From Cyclobacteriaceae bacterium (GTDB lineage Bacteria > Bacteroidota > Bacteroidia > Cytophagales > Cyclobacteriaceae), in contig OZ271832.1 in assembly GCA_965601475.1 (NCBI GenBank), forward strand, positions 984,698 through 1,048,697: a DNA stretch of 64,000 bases, given 5' to 3'. How positions within the stretch are numbered: position 1 is the first letter of the stretch; each line of letters opens with the position of its first letter. The notes under the pieces were generated by a model. It saw only the letters and a program-made list of their open reading frames with translations. It ran no database searches and had not been told where the DNA came from. A program made the translations under genes and the position numbers. This document shows positions 24,897 through 34,507 of this stretch, piece after piece.

Positions 24897-26222
24897 TCAC
24901 TCTGTTCCGAGACGACCACTGAGTTGCAGTAATGTGATCTCAGACTGCTTGACATCATATTCTAGATTATTGATTCTGTTCCTGGCTAAAGCCAAATTCA
25001 CTTGCGCAGTTCTCAGGTCTGCAGCATCCACAAGGCCCAACGCATAGTCCGCTGAAATCTTGTCAAAATTGCGCTCGAAAGTTGGAAGGTTCTGCTGTTC
25101 AATGCGCAACTGCTGTTGATGATTTTGATATCGGGCAAAAGCATTGCGCAAATCCCTTGTTAGCACTAATTCGGTTTGCGCCAGGGACAATTCCTGCTGC
25201 TGAAGTTGCAACCTGGTATTCTGACGCTGGATTTTATTCAGCCCTCCTGTAAAGACCGGAAAACTCATTTGCACGCCTACATTGGGTCCAAGAACCTGAT
25301 TGCTCTGGATAAAACTGGCTTCATCTTCCGAGTCCAGATAAGACAGGTTGGCATATCCCTGAATGATTGGCATGTAGGTGGATTTGCTGATTTTCGATTC
25401 CAACATGGCATTTTCAACGGACCGACGAGAGATCGACAACTGGGCATTGTTGGCCTTCATCTCCGTCAAGAGTGTTTCATAATCCAGCTGATCAATCAGG
25501 TTCAACTGCTCATTAACCTCATAGGCAATATCCTCATCTCTGACCATGAGTAGATTCAGATCTCGTTTCGCATTCTCATATTCCAGTTGAGTCGTTCTGT
25601 ACTCCGCGCTGTCGGTATTCAAATCCACCTGGGCTTGCAAAACACGCACGGAATTGGCCGTTCCGAACCGGGCGTCTGTCTGCACGCGTTGCCATCGGTC
25701 ATAGGAGATGCCAATGTTGTCAATTTTGAGTCCCAGCCGGGCCTGGTGTCTGGCTACCTGGAGGTAGGTGGATACAGTTTGGGCCACAGTCAGCTCGATT
25801 ACACTTTGCATCTGTAGTTCACTCAATGCATGGCTATTCTCCAATCGCTCGTAGGTGTACTTCCCCTTGAACCCTTGAAAAATGGGTACAGTCACCTCAG
25901 TTTTTACGTTGATATCACTGGAAGTACCATCCAATTCCAACGGCGGATTGGTCCCATCCGCAGTGCCTCTGGTTTGTATTTCAGCACTCGAATAGCCCCA
26001 TTCGTATCCTCCAGAAACTTCCAACCGTGGCATTTGACCTGCCACAGACCTGCTAACATTGTTCTGGCTCACTTGGACATTGTAAGCCTCAATCTTGATA
26101 CTGTAGTTGTTGGCCAGCGCCAGCGAGATGGCTTCTTCCAAACCTAACAGTTGCTGAGCCCAAGCATTGCCCATTGCTGTCATAGACAGAAGGACGGTTA
26201 TCAATATTTGATTGCGTCTCAT
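24897..26222 (-). CDS. TolC-family outer-membrane efflux protein
   Basis: It has a signal peptide and two repeated coiled-coil/barrel halves. It lies immediately downstream of the RND pump. Confidence 0.9.
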   Translation of the reverse strand: MRRNQILITVLLSMTAMGNAWAQQLLGLEEAISLALANNYSIKIEAYNVQVSQNNVSRSVAGQMPRLEVSGGYEWGYSSAEIQTRGTADGTNPPLELDGTSSDINVKTEVTVPIFQGFKGKYTYERLENSHALSELQMQSVIELTVAQTVSTYLQVARHQARLGLKIDNIGISYDRWQRVQTDARFGTANSVRVLQAQVDLNTDSAEYRTTQLEYENAKRDLNLLMVRDEDIAYEVNEQLNLIDQLDYETLLTEMKANNAQLSISRRSVENAMLESKISKSTYMPIIQGYANLSYLDSEDEASFIQSNQVLGPNVGVQMSFPVFTGGLNKIQRQNTRLQLQQQELSLAQTELVLTRDLRNAFARYQNHQQQLRIEQQNLPTFERNFDKISADYALGLVDAADLRTAQVNLALARNRINNLEYDVKQSEITLLQLSGRLGTE

Positions 26223-26224
26223 AG

Positions 26225-29200
26225 TCAGTCTGTAATTAGGTATTTCAGTTTTCGAACGGCAGGCTCTACCTGCTCTGCGGTGGCTTTTTCCTTATGAAAA
26301 AGATTGTATCCCAAAATTCGGATCCGATTCATGGCAACCAGGGCCAGCGGGAAGAGTAAGAGAACGTTAAGCAAACCATATGCTAAGCCATACGCTATGG
26401 CGATGGCTGGCCCCTTTAGAAACTGTGCACCAAGGCTCCCCGAAGCGATGAGCGGCCCCAAACCCGCCACGGTGGTAATGGTCGTCAACAGGATTGGTCG
26501 GAAGCGCGATCTGGCCGTTTCAGACATAGCCTCCTGAAAAGCCTTACCCTCCTTGAGAAGGGTATTGAACGTGGACGTAAATACAAGGGAGTCATTGACA
26601 AAAACGCCTATAAGCGCGATGGTACCGACGAGCGAAAAGATGTTAAGGGGGATACCGTGGACCCAATGGCCAATGATCACCCCTGGTAGCATGAAGGGGA
26701 ACATCGCAAAGACTGTGATTGCCTGCGAAAACGAATTGCAGTTGATGACAATAAGTGCCAGAATGAAGACCATAATAATCGGGCCAACAGTCGAAATGGC
26801 ATTGATCATTTTGAAGGAAATCCGATTCTGGCCTTCTACGCTGTAAATCACTGAAGGATATTTGGAGGTAATGCCAGCCAGTGCTGTTTCCTCAATGTCG
26901 GCGATGGCCCGAGGTGCTGAAACATTCTTGTTGGCCACATTAGCCTCCACCCGGATCTCCCTCCGTCCATCAATGTGATTGATCGCCAAAGTCCCTGTCC
27001 TCCGCTCGATATTGACGACATCTCTAAGGAAGTAATTCTGCCCACCGGGCGCACTGATACTCATGTCTAACAGGTTGGTAATCGAACTGCGACCATCCTC
27101 CGGGTACCTTACCCACACCTCCACCTCACTTTCACCGCGCTGCAGACGCTGTACTTCCGCACCAAAAAACCCAGCACGGATCTGACCCATTACACCAGAT
27201 AAAGTCAATCCGAGGAGTTCGGCCTTCGGCTTGAGGGTAACAATAAGCTCAGCAGTTCCTGACTTATCTGTATCCGACACGTCCTTAATGTCGGTACGCA
27301 ACTTCATTGCGGATTTCAACTCCTCCTTGGCCATCCGCAACTCCTCAATATCCTTTCCAATGAGAGCGATGGAGATGGGCATACCGAAGATGGAGGTCGT
27401 AGCACCCACACCATATATCAGGCGCGTGGCTTCAGGTATTGGCACGCCGAACTCCCGAATATCATTTGATAGCTGAAAAGAACTGATTCCGCGCTCCTCT
27501 CCAGCCATGAATGTGACTTTAACCTTTCCCTGATTGTCCAGTGGCCCCGTGATTTGCTCAACAAACCGAATCACATCCTTGTCATCCTCACGCCGTGCTT
27601 TGTAGTGCTCATTGACTTGCCATGCCGCTGCTTCTATCTCTGCGAGCCGGGCCCTGGTTATTTCCACAGGTGTGCCCGGTGGCAACTCCAACTCCATGAA
27701 AGCAGCATCATCGTCGAGGTTGGGGAAGAAAGTGAAGTTCACCACTCCTGAAGGTATGAGTGCCACGGAACCAACCAGCACCACCACGAAAAACAAGGCA
27801 CCAACCCACTTCATTCCGACCCTACCGGTGACTACACTGCGGAAAAGGGGTAGAAAAATCCTGTTACGCTGGAAATCAATGAACCGACCAAACCATTTTT
27901 CTAGCCTGCTGAGCTTTGCATCCTTTTTCAAACCCTTGGAATGCGCCAGGTGAGCGGGGAGAACGAAGAAGCTTTCTAGCAAGGCCACGACCAGCACCGA
28001 GATGACAACAAATGCCATTTGTCCAAAAAAGTCTCCCGCGCGGGTTGGGAGAAACAAAAACATGGAAAAAGCAACGGCCGTCGTTGATAGTGAGACAATC
28101 ACAGGCGTAACCATCTCCAGGGTACCGTCAAGGGCGGCCTTCAAAGGTTTCTTACCTAGCTCCTTCGCATGCCGATACACATTCTCACCAATAACGACAC
28201 CATCATCCACCAAAATGCCGAGCACCAGGATAAAGCCAAACAATGAAACCATGTTGATGGTCATGCCGCCAAAATCAGCCACCACAAACATGCCAATAAC
28301 GGCCACAGGAATCTTGAGAGCGACCAGGCTGGCCATGTACCTGTCCAGGAAAAGCGAAAGTACGATCAAAACCAGGATAACCCCTGCTACACCATTATTG
28401 ACCATGGTCCTGAGTCGATTGCGTAGATTCACCGTGCCATCCTCCAACACATGCAGCTGGATACCCTCGTGGGTGCGATTGAATTGCTCCAGATAAGTCC
28501 GGGCTGCCTCCGCATTTTCTATGATATCCTCGCTGGTTAAGGTGAAGACATTTAGAACTATCATTTGTCTGTTCTGAAAGTAGCGGGCCTCAGCATTGTC
28601 CTTGAATTGATCTCGGATGTTGGCCACATCCTTCAGGTAAACGACATTGCCGTTGACGTCAGCTTTTACAATGATGTTATGGAGGTCCTTGGCAAAGTAT
28701 CCTTTGCTATCTGCTTTTACGCTTATATTCTGAGTCCCCGTTTCAACCGTACCGCCAAATGTTTCCAGGTTGGCATTTCTCACCGCCAACATGACCTGGT
28801 TGATGCTCAGGTTGTGGGCCCTTAGATCATGCTCACGAACACTAATTTCTATTTCCTCCTGTGGTACCCCTTCGATAAAAACCCTGGAAATACCTGGCAT
28901 ATTCATCAAGTAGTCGCGAATGTCATCCGCATAGTCCTTCATCACCTGAAGCGGCAACTCCCCTACCAGCCCAAAGCTGAGTGTCATATCCATTGGCTCC
29001 CTTTTCTCTACAGCTGGAGATTCCACTCCCTGTGGGAAATCATTGATTTTGTCCACCGCGTTCTTGATCTCCACCAACAACTTGTTCGGTTCCGCGCTTT
29101 CCTCCAGCTCCACATGGATCAGCGCAAGGTTCTCTTTCGAGGACGACGTAACACGATCAATACCTGCCACACCTTCGAGATTATCCTCAATTTTGATGGT

Positions 29201-29392
29201 GATGCCTTCCTCTACCTCAGTGGGACTTGCTCCGGGAAAAGCAACTGTAATGTCAATGAACCTGATCTTTTGTGTCGGAAAGTTCGTGCTTCGGGTCCTG
29301 GACAGCTGCAATACGCCGATTCCTACTAGCAGGAAAAGAAACAAATTGACCAGTGTAGGGTATTGAATGAAGAATTTGATTGCTCCTTTCAT
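26225..29392 (-). CDS. RND efflux transporter permease (AcrB/CzcA superfamily)
   Basis: The 1055-aa product has a 12-TM architecture with two large periplasmic loops and conserved TM4-type segments. Confidence 0.95.
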   Translation of the reverse strand: MKGAIKFFIQYPTLVNLFLFLLVGIGVLQLSRTRSTNFPTQKIRFIDITVAFPGASPTEVEEGITIKIEDNLEGVAGIDRVTSSSKENLALIHVELEESAEPNKLLVEIKNAVDKINDFPQGVESPAVEKREPMDMTLSFGLVGELPLQVMKDYADDIRDYLMNMPGISRVFIEGVPQEEIEISVREHDLRAHNLSINQVMLAVRNANLETFGGTVETGTQNISVKADSKGYFAKDLHNIIVKADVNGNVVYLKDVANIRDQFKDNAEARYFQNRQMIVLNVFTLTSEDIIENAEAARTYLEQFNRTHEGIQLHVLEDGTVNLRNRLRTMVNNGVAGVILVLIVLSLFLDRYMASLVALKIPVAVIGMFVVADFGGMTINMVSLFGFILVLGILVDDGVVIGENVYRHAKELGKKPLKAALDGTLEMVTPVIVSLSTTAVAFSMFLFLPTRAGDFFGQMAFVVISVLVVALLESFFVLPAHLAHSKGLKKDAKLSRLEKWFGRFIDFQRNRIFLPLFRSVVTGRVGMKWVGALFFVVVLVGSVALIPSGVVNFTFFPNLDDDAAFMELELPPGTPVEITRARLAEIEAAAWQVNEHYKARREDDKDVIRFVEQITGPLDNQGKVKVTFMAGEERGISSFQLSNDIREFGVPIPEATRLIYGVGATTSIFGMPISIALIGKDIEELRMAKEELKSAMKLRTDIKDVSDTDKSGTAELIVTLKPKAELLGLTLSGVMGQIRAGFFGAEVQRLQRGESEVEVWVRYPEDGRSSITNLLDMSISAPGGQNYFLRDVVNIERRTGTLAINHIDGRREIRVEANVANKNVSAPRAIADIEETALAGITSKYPSVIYSVEGQNRISFKMINAISTVGPIIMVFILALIVINCNSFSQAITVFAMFPFMLPGVIIGHWVHGIPLNIFSLVGTIALIGVFVNDSLVFTSTFNTLLKEGKAFQEAMSETARSRFRPILLTTITTVAGLGPLIASGSLGAQFLKGPAIAIAYGLAYGLLNVLLLFPLALVAMNRIRILGYNLFHKEKATAEQVEPAVRKLKYLITD

Positions 29393-29399
29393 GACGCTG

Positions 29400-30512
29400 C
29401 TATTTAGAAACCGCTTTGATACCCTGGATGGGTGAATTCACAGGATCAACAATCAGCAGATCGCCATCGGACAAACCCGAAACAAGGACAGAACCATTGA
29501 TGTAACTGACCAAATCAACCTTCTTCAGCTTGACAACGGAATCCTCGATAACATGAACCTGATTGCTCCGCGTGATGAGACTTTTGGGAATTTTCACTAC
29601 CCTTGAATGAGTATGACCAGCGAGTTGCCCCTCCAGGTACATACCTTCTTTGAGTCCTTCGCCATTCACCGTCAAATACACGGGAACCGCCTGTGTGCCG
29701 GCATCAACACGCTTCCCGATTCGTGCCACTTTTGCTATCCATTCTCCACCCGTATCTGAAGAAACAAATAGTACCTCCTGCCCCGTTTGCACCCAGGCAA
29801 TATCTGATATCGACACCGAAGCCAGAATTTCAAACTTATCTGTCCGTAAGAGTTCTCCCAATTTCGTGTTGGGCCGTATCAATGAACCAATGTCTACGCT
29901 GGATACCGACACCGTTCCATCGAAAGGTGCTCTGATGGTGTATTTCCTCAACCTTTCCTCAGCACTCCTGATACCATAGTACAGGTTGAATATGTTCTTT
30001 GCGGCCAGGTAATACCTTAGTTGCGAGGTCTGTACATCCGGAAGAATCGGAAGGGGCTTATGAACATTGACTTGATCCAAGTAGTCATTCCATACTTCAA
30101 AATCAGAAGGGAAATCAAGTTGCAGGTCGGACATGATCCCGACCAGTGCAGAAAGGAATTGACTTTTTTGAGCCCTGATGCTGTTTTCATATTCCCTGCC
30201 ATCAATGCGAATCAAGGTCTCCCCTTTCCTGAAGTCCACGCCCTCTTTGAAGATCTTGGACGTCTGCAACGCGGTGCCCTGGACTTCTGCTGTGACTTCG
30301 AACTTCTGCATGGCAATCACCCGCCCATTCAAGTTGGTGGTTCCTGTCTGATCTGTCGGCTTCACGCTCAGGGTATTGAAGGTTCGCAGGTCTGATCGTT
30401 CCAACCTGTTCAATGCTTCCTGAGGCGGAGATGCCTTACCATTGGTACAACTCACCATCAATGCACAAAGACCGATGGTAGTCATGAATGTGAGAATCTT
30501 CTGAGCGTTCAT
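29400..30512 (-). CDS. RND efflux periplasmic adaptor (membrane fusion protein)
   Basis: It has a lipoprotein-like N-terminus (LCALMVSCTNG) and the HlyD_D23/barrel-sandwich pattern. It lies upstream of the pump. Confidence 0.9.
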   Translation of the reverse strand: MNAQKILTFMTTIGLCALMVSCTNGKASPPQEALNRLERSDLRTFNTLSVKPTDQTGTTNLNGRVIAMQKFEVTAEVQGTALQTSKIFKEGVDFRKGETLIRIDGREYENSIRAQKSQFLSALVGIMSDLQLDFPSDFEVWNDYLDQVNVHKPLPILPDVQTSQLRYYLAAKNIFNLYYGIRSAEERLRKYTIRAPFDGTVSVSSVDIGSLIRPNTKLGELLRTDKFEILASVSISDIAWVQTGQEVLFVSSDTGGEWIAKVARIGKRVDAGTQAVPVYLTVNGEGLKEGMYLEGQLAGHTHSRVVKIPKSLITRSNQVHVIEDSVVKLKKVDLVSYINGSVLVSGLSDGDLLIVDPVNSPIQGIKAVSK

Positions 30513-30560
30513 GTCTTCTGTTTATTCATTGAATTAATAATTTAATTATATTTTTTGATA

Positions 30561-30574
30561 TAATCATTTGATTA
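30561..30574. promoter_or_regulatory. Putative TetR operator 1 (TAATCATTTGATTA) upstream of the efflux operon
   Basis: The inverted repeat AATCA-NN-TGATT lies 49-62 nt upstream of the adaptor ATG. The same 13-mer recurs upstream of tetR. Confidence 0.4.
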
Positions 30575-30592
30575 CAATGAGGGCAAAAAAAA

Positions 30593-31216
30593 CTACACCT
30601 TCTTCAAGTACAGGTAGTTGATGATCATATCCGGAATCATTTTCTTTCTTTCTTCAAGCAGCATGTTATACTGTTGGTCCGCCATACCCACTTTGCGAGT
30701 GACAATAGTCCTGGCAAGAAATGGAAATATGGTCAGCCCCATCATATTCAGAATGAACTGGCCGGGATGTATGGGACGGATCGTACCAGCTTCCGCCAAT
30801 TCCTTCAACTCCTGGGTCAATCGAATCAAGCTCTTCTCATTGTCCAGCAACTTATCCACCAATTCGGGGTTGTTCTGAGACTCAGAAAGCACGAAGTTGG
30901 GTACATGAGGGTTGGCTTTGAATACCTCAATATAGACAGCCACAAAATTTCTGATCTTTTCATGTAGTGGGACCTCGCTGGCGAAAATGTCGTCCATCGA
31001 CTTTGAAAACCGCCTCAGGCTTTCACCAATCACAATTTCAAACAACTTCTCCTTGCTACGATAATAGTAGTGCAGAGACGCTATATTGATGCCGGCCTCC
31101 TCTGCAATATCCCTCGTCTTGGTAGCAGCATATCCTTTTCTTACGAAAACGTTCGCAGCCGCTATTTTTATCTTTTCCTCTGTCGAAAGCTTAGCCATGT
31201 CCGATTCCGGCATCAT
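30593..31216 (-). CDS. TetR/AcrR-family transcriptional repressor
   Basis: The N-terminal HTH is IKIAAANVFVRKGYAATKTRDIAEEAGINIASLHYYYRSKEKLF. It is the first gene of the efflux cluster. Confidence 0.9.
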   Translation of the reverse strand: MMPESDMAKLSTEEKIKIAAANVFVRKGYAATKTRDIAEEAGINIASLHYYYRSKEKLFEIVIGESLRRFSKSMDDIFASEVPLHEKIRNFVAVYIEVFKANPHVPNFVLSESQNNPELVDKLLDNEKSLIRLTQELKELAEAGTIRPIHPGQFILNMMGLTIFPFLARTIVTRKVGMADQQYNMLLEERKKMIPDMIINYLYLKKV

Positions 31217-31249
31217 GCCAGCAAAACTATCACATTAATCATAAAGTTC

Positions 31250-31262
31250 AATCATTTGATTA
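31250..31262. promoter_or_regulatory. Putative TetR operator 2 (AATCATTTGATTA) upstream of tetR
   Basis: This 13-mer is identical to the one at 30562-30574 and lies 34-46 nt upstream of the tetR start. Confidence 0.4.
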
Positions 31263-31396
31263 AAGATTTCAAAATACGCCTCATCTAAGGCCGGCGTAGC
31301 AAACCGTAAATTGGATTATAGCGACCTGGAAGCTATGCCACTTTCGGGATAGAAGTTTCTCAATGAAATCATCTCAACCTCTAATTTCCTTACTAT

Positions 31397-31404
31397 TATA
31401 TTTG
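31397..31404 (+). promoter_or_regulatory. Bacteroidota-type -7 box (TATATTTG) for hutH
   Basis: It matches TAnnTTTG and lies 19-26 nt upstream of the ATG at 31423. Confidence 0.4.
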
Positions 31405-31422
31405 TTATAACAACTAGTTGTA

Positions 31423-32958
31423 ATGAGTACCTTTCGATACGGCATTGATCCACTAACCGCAAGTACGGCGCTTGCTATTGCGCGAAAACAGACTGCGGGA
31501 ATACTGACCAGCGAGAGCCTTGCCAAGGTCGAGGGCAGTTCAACAATTGTGCAGCAGATAATTGATGCCGACAAGGTCGTGTACGGCATCAATACGGGTT
31601 TCGGGCCTCTCTGCAACACCATCATATCGAAAGAGGAAACCAGGAAACTTCAGGACAATATTCTTCGCAGCCATGCCGTGGGCGTCGGGGACCCCATCGC
31701 ACCTGAAATCTCCAAACTGATGCTGATCCTAAAAATCCATGCGCTGGCACAAGGGCACTCGGGTGTTTCTCTGGAGGTACTAGAACGCATCCACTGGCAC
31801 ATAAGCGAGGATATCATTCCTGTCGTACCAAAGCAAGGTTCCGTAGGCGCTTCAGGGGATTTGGCACCATTGGCACATTTGTTTCTGCCACTCATCGGAC
31901 TTGGCGAAGTTTGGGAAGGGAAAAATCGTGTTCCTGCAGAGCAAGTCCTGAGCCGCCATGAATTACAACCCGTCACGCTAGGCCCCAAGGATGGCCTTGC
32001 ATTGATCAACGGCACACAATTCATCGCCGCCCACGCGATCAGCGTCATTGAGCGATTGCACAATTGTCTGGATCATGCGGATATTCTGGGGGCCATGATG
32101 ATTGAAGCCCTGATGGGCTCAAGAAGGCCCTTTCATCCAAAGCTCCATGAATTAAGACCCTATCCGGCCAACCAATTCGTGGCCGCGAGAATATTCCACC
32201 TGTTGGAAGGGTCCGAGATTCTGAAATCCCATCTCAATTGCAACCGGGTACAAGATCCTTATTCCCTACGGTGTATCCCACAGGTTCATGGCGCTTCCAG
32301 AACGAGTTGGCTCCACTTGAGGGATTTGCTGGATGTGGAACTGAACGCGGTAACTGACAATCCCATTATCATCGACCGGACACTCACCATCAGCGGTGGC
32401 AACTTCCATGGTCAGCCCCTTGCACTGGCTTTGGACTATTGTGCGCTGGCTGCATCGGAATTGGGCAACATTGCCGATCGCAGGATCTACCTGTCGCTGG
32501 AAGGTCTGGTGGAAGGTTTGCCCAAGTTGTTGATGCGGAATACAGGTATCAATTCAGGTTTCATGCTATGCCAGTATACCTCTGCCGCACTGGTGAGCGA
32601 AAACAAGAGCCTTCTTTTCCCCGCAAGTGGAGATAGTATACCAACATCCATGGGGCAGGAAGATCATGTGAGTATGGGATCTATTTCGGGAAGGAAGACG
32701 CTGGGCATTATTGAAAACCTGGAACAGATTCAGGCAATAGAATTGCTTTGCGCTGCTCAGGCGTTCGACTTCCGACGGCCACTGAAATCCGGACCAGAGC
32801 TAGAAGCTTGTCACGACCATATTCGATCGAAAATCGATCACGCCGAGGCCGACAGGGTATTTGCCGAAGACATAAAGATAGCCACCAAGATCATCAAGGG
32901 AGGACAGCTGAGGCAATTCCTGGCGCCGCTTGACTCCGAAAGGCTATTCTCCTATTGA
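31423..32958 (+). CDS. hutH: Histidine ammonia-lyase
   Basis: It has the MIO-forming triad in GSVGASGDLAPLAHL and YGINTGFG. The Ser-His selectivity pair in ILRSHAVGVG is HAL-type rather than TAL/PAL-type. Confidence 0.9.
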   Translation: MSTFRYGIDPLTASTALAIARKQTAGILTSESLAKVEGSSTIVQQIIDADKVVYGINTGFGPLCNTIISKEETRKLQDNILRSHAVGVGDPIAPEISKLMLILKIHALAQGHSGVSLEVLERIHWHISEDIIPVVPKQGSVGASGDLAPLAHLFLPLIGLGEVWEGKNRVPAEQVLSRHELQPVTLGPKDGLALINGTQFIAAHAISVIERLHNCLDHADILGAMMIEALMGSRRPFHPKLHELRPYPANQFVAARIFHLLEGSEILKSHLNCNRVQDPYSLRCIPQVHGASRTSWLHLRDLLDVELNAVTDNPIIIDRTLTISGGNFHGQPLALALDYCALAASELGNIADRRIYLSLEGLVEGLPKLLMRNTGINSGFMLCQYTSAALVSENKSLLFPASGDSIPTSMGQEDHVSMGSISGRKTLGIIENLEQIQAIELLCAAQAFDFRRPLKSGPELEACHDHIRSKIDHAEADRVFAEDIKIATKIIKGGQLRQFLAPLDSERLFSY

Positions 32959-32968
32959 AACAGGTGCT

Positions 32969-33154
32969 TTAAAAGCGAGTGCCAGCTACCAGGGCCTCTC
33001 GAATTTCCCGAAGGGCGTTCTCGTGGTAGCGCGTCGTCGTGTTGATGCGTCTTACGCGCTGTACATGCTCAACATAACCTAAGACATCGCCTTGATCTTG
33101 TGGATCAAGTTCCAGTACCTTTTTAATAAGTGCGGATTCAATTGTAGATCTCAT
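32969..33154 (-). CDS. Small hypothetical protein (DUF2281/antitoxin-like N-terminus?)
   Basis: The 61-aa product contains LIKKVLELDPQDQGDVLGYVEHV, which loosely resembles small antitoxin-like proteins. No partner gene is present. Confidence 0.3.
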   Translation of the reverse strand: MRSTIESALIKKVLELDPQDQGDVLGYVEHVQRVRRINTTTRYHENALREIREALVAGTRF

Positions 33155-33261
33155 AACTTATTGAGTTTGAACGAACCTATAAAGAGTTAGAACACTAGCC
33201 AAGAATAATCTCCAAACGGGCAAAATATGCTGCTGAAAGGGTAAAACAATGATATTTTCAT

Positions 33262-33281
33262 TTATATGTAACTACATATAA
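33262..33281. promoter_or_regulatory. Perfect 9-bp inverted repeat TTATATGTA-ac-TACATATAA
   Basis: This 20-bp palindrome lies about 50 nt upstream of the nitroreductase ATG, in a divergent intergenic region. Confidence 0.3.
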
Positions 33282-33329
33282 TGTATGGTCGTATAATTTA
33301 TAGCTAGTGTAAAAAGGAGTTACTACCTT

Positions 33330-33929
33330 ATGAATACAATGAAAAAGTTCAACAAACCTCAAGTGCCTGTTGCGCACGATATACACCCATTGATACAACA
33401 GCGATGGAGCCCCAGGGCCTTCGACGACAGACCCATCTCCACCGATCATCTCAATTCGCTTTTTGAAGCGATTCGGTGGTCGGCATCCAGCATGAACGCC
33501 CAACCCTGGGAGTTCATCTATGCTCGGAAAGGAGATCCTGCACATGAAAGAATAGTAGAATCGCTCATGGACGGTAACAAACCATGGGCTCAACATGCAC
33601 CTATTCTCTTGATCACAATGATCAGAAAGCACTTTGACAACGGAACAGAAAATGGATCGGCAAAACACGATCTTGGTCTGGCAATTGGTAATCTCAGCTT
33701 GCAAGCCACTGACATGGGCATCGGACTGCATCAAATGGGTGGCTTCTACCCAGCAAAAGCAAGGGAGATCTTTGATTTGCCTGAGGACGTGGAAGCGGTT
33801 ACGGCTATCGCATTGGGGTATTTTGGTGATCCGGACAGCCTTGAGGAGCCATTCAAATCCAAAGAAATTGCCCAGCGCACGAGAAAGCCCATTGAATCAT
33901 TTGCATTTGAAGGAGCTTACAGGCCCTGA
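33330..33929 (+). CDS. Nitroreductase-family protein
   Basis: RWSPRAFDDRPIS...AIRWSASSMNAQPWEF matches the nitroreductase N-terminal pattern. The product is 199 aa. Confidence 0.85.
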   Translation: MNTMKKFNKPQVPVAHDIHPLIQQRWSPRAFDDRPISTDHLNSLFEAIRWSASSMNAQPWEFIYARKGDPAHERIVESLMDGNKPWAQHAPILLITMIRKHFDNGTENGSAKHDLGLAIGNLSLQATDMGIGLHQMGGFYPAKAREIFDLPEDVEAVTAIALGYFGDPDSLEEPFKSKEIAQRTRKPIESFAFEGAYRP

Positions 33930-34019
33930 ATCCGGTTTATGTCCGGAAATTTGTAGCGAAAAGGTGATTTGATCACGATTTGGCAAGTGTTTTGCAGTGG
34001 ACTAGTAAAACACTAAGCT

Positions 34020-34433
34020 ATGAAATCCATCATGTCACTCTTTTTCGTTTTGGTTTTGTTTTCGTGCGGCGATGATGACTGTGATCCATCACAAGACTGC
34101 CCCTCAAATCTGATTTGTACTGAAGAATATCGTACCATCACGGTGGATATTGAAGATACCGATGGCGGGGCTGTCGCCTTGGATCGGTTCGTGATTACCA
34201 ACCTGGAAACCAACGAACCCGTAGAGCAGACACGCCTGGATATCTTTCCCGAAGGGACATACCCTATTGCGGAGGATAACTTGCTTGAAGTAGTCACCAT
34301 AGATGGTACGCAATTTCGGTTTGAAGGCTTCATTAATGACGAGAAGGTAGTTGAACAGATCTTCGTCATAGGCCATGACTGCTGTCACGTCATTCTCGTC
34401 GACGGACCTTCAACTATCGTGGTAGATCTCTAA
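34020..34433 (+). CDS. Small lipoprotein, unknown function
   Basis: It has a lipobox-like LVLFSCGDDDC and a Cys-rich N-terminal stretch. Confidence 0.55.
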   Translation: MKSIMSLFFVLVLFSCGDDDCDPSQDCPSNLICTEEYRTITVDIEDTDGGAVALDRFVITNLETNEPVEQTRLDIFPEGTYPIAEDNLLEVVTIDGTQFRFEGFINDEKVVEQIFVIGHDCCHVILVDGPSTIVVDL

Positions 34434-34507
34434 GGAAGCCAGTTCGTTGTGTCAGTGGACGCTTATGAAGTATTTTCACTAAATTCGACCAAAATTTAAA
34501 TGATACT

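Noticed and set aside
31423-32958. The ammonia-lyase being a tyrosine ammonia-lyase feeding flexirubin-type pigment synthesis, as in some Bacteroidota.
   Set aside because: The selectivity position reads Ser-His (RSHAVGVG), as in histidine ammonia-lyases, not His-Leu. No polyketide or pigment genes are nearby.
33258-33734. A 158-aa minus-strand ORF overlapping the nitroreductase gene.
   Set aside because: The nitroreductase frame has family motifs. The antisense translation is Cys/His-rich noise.
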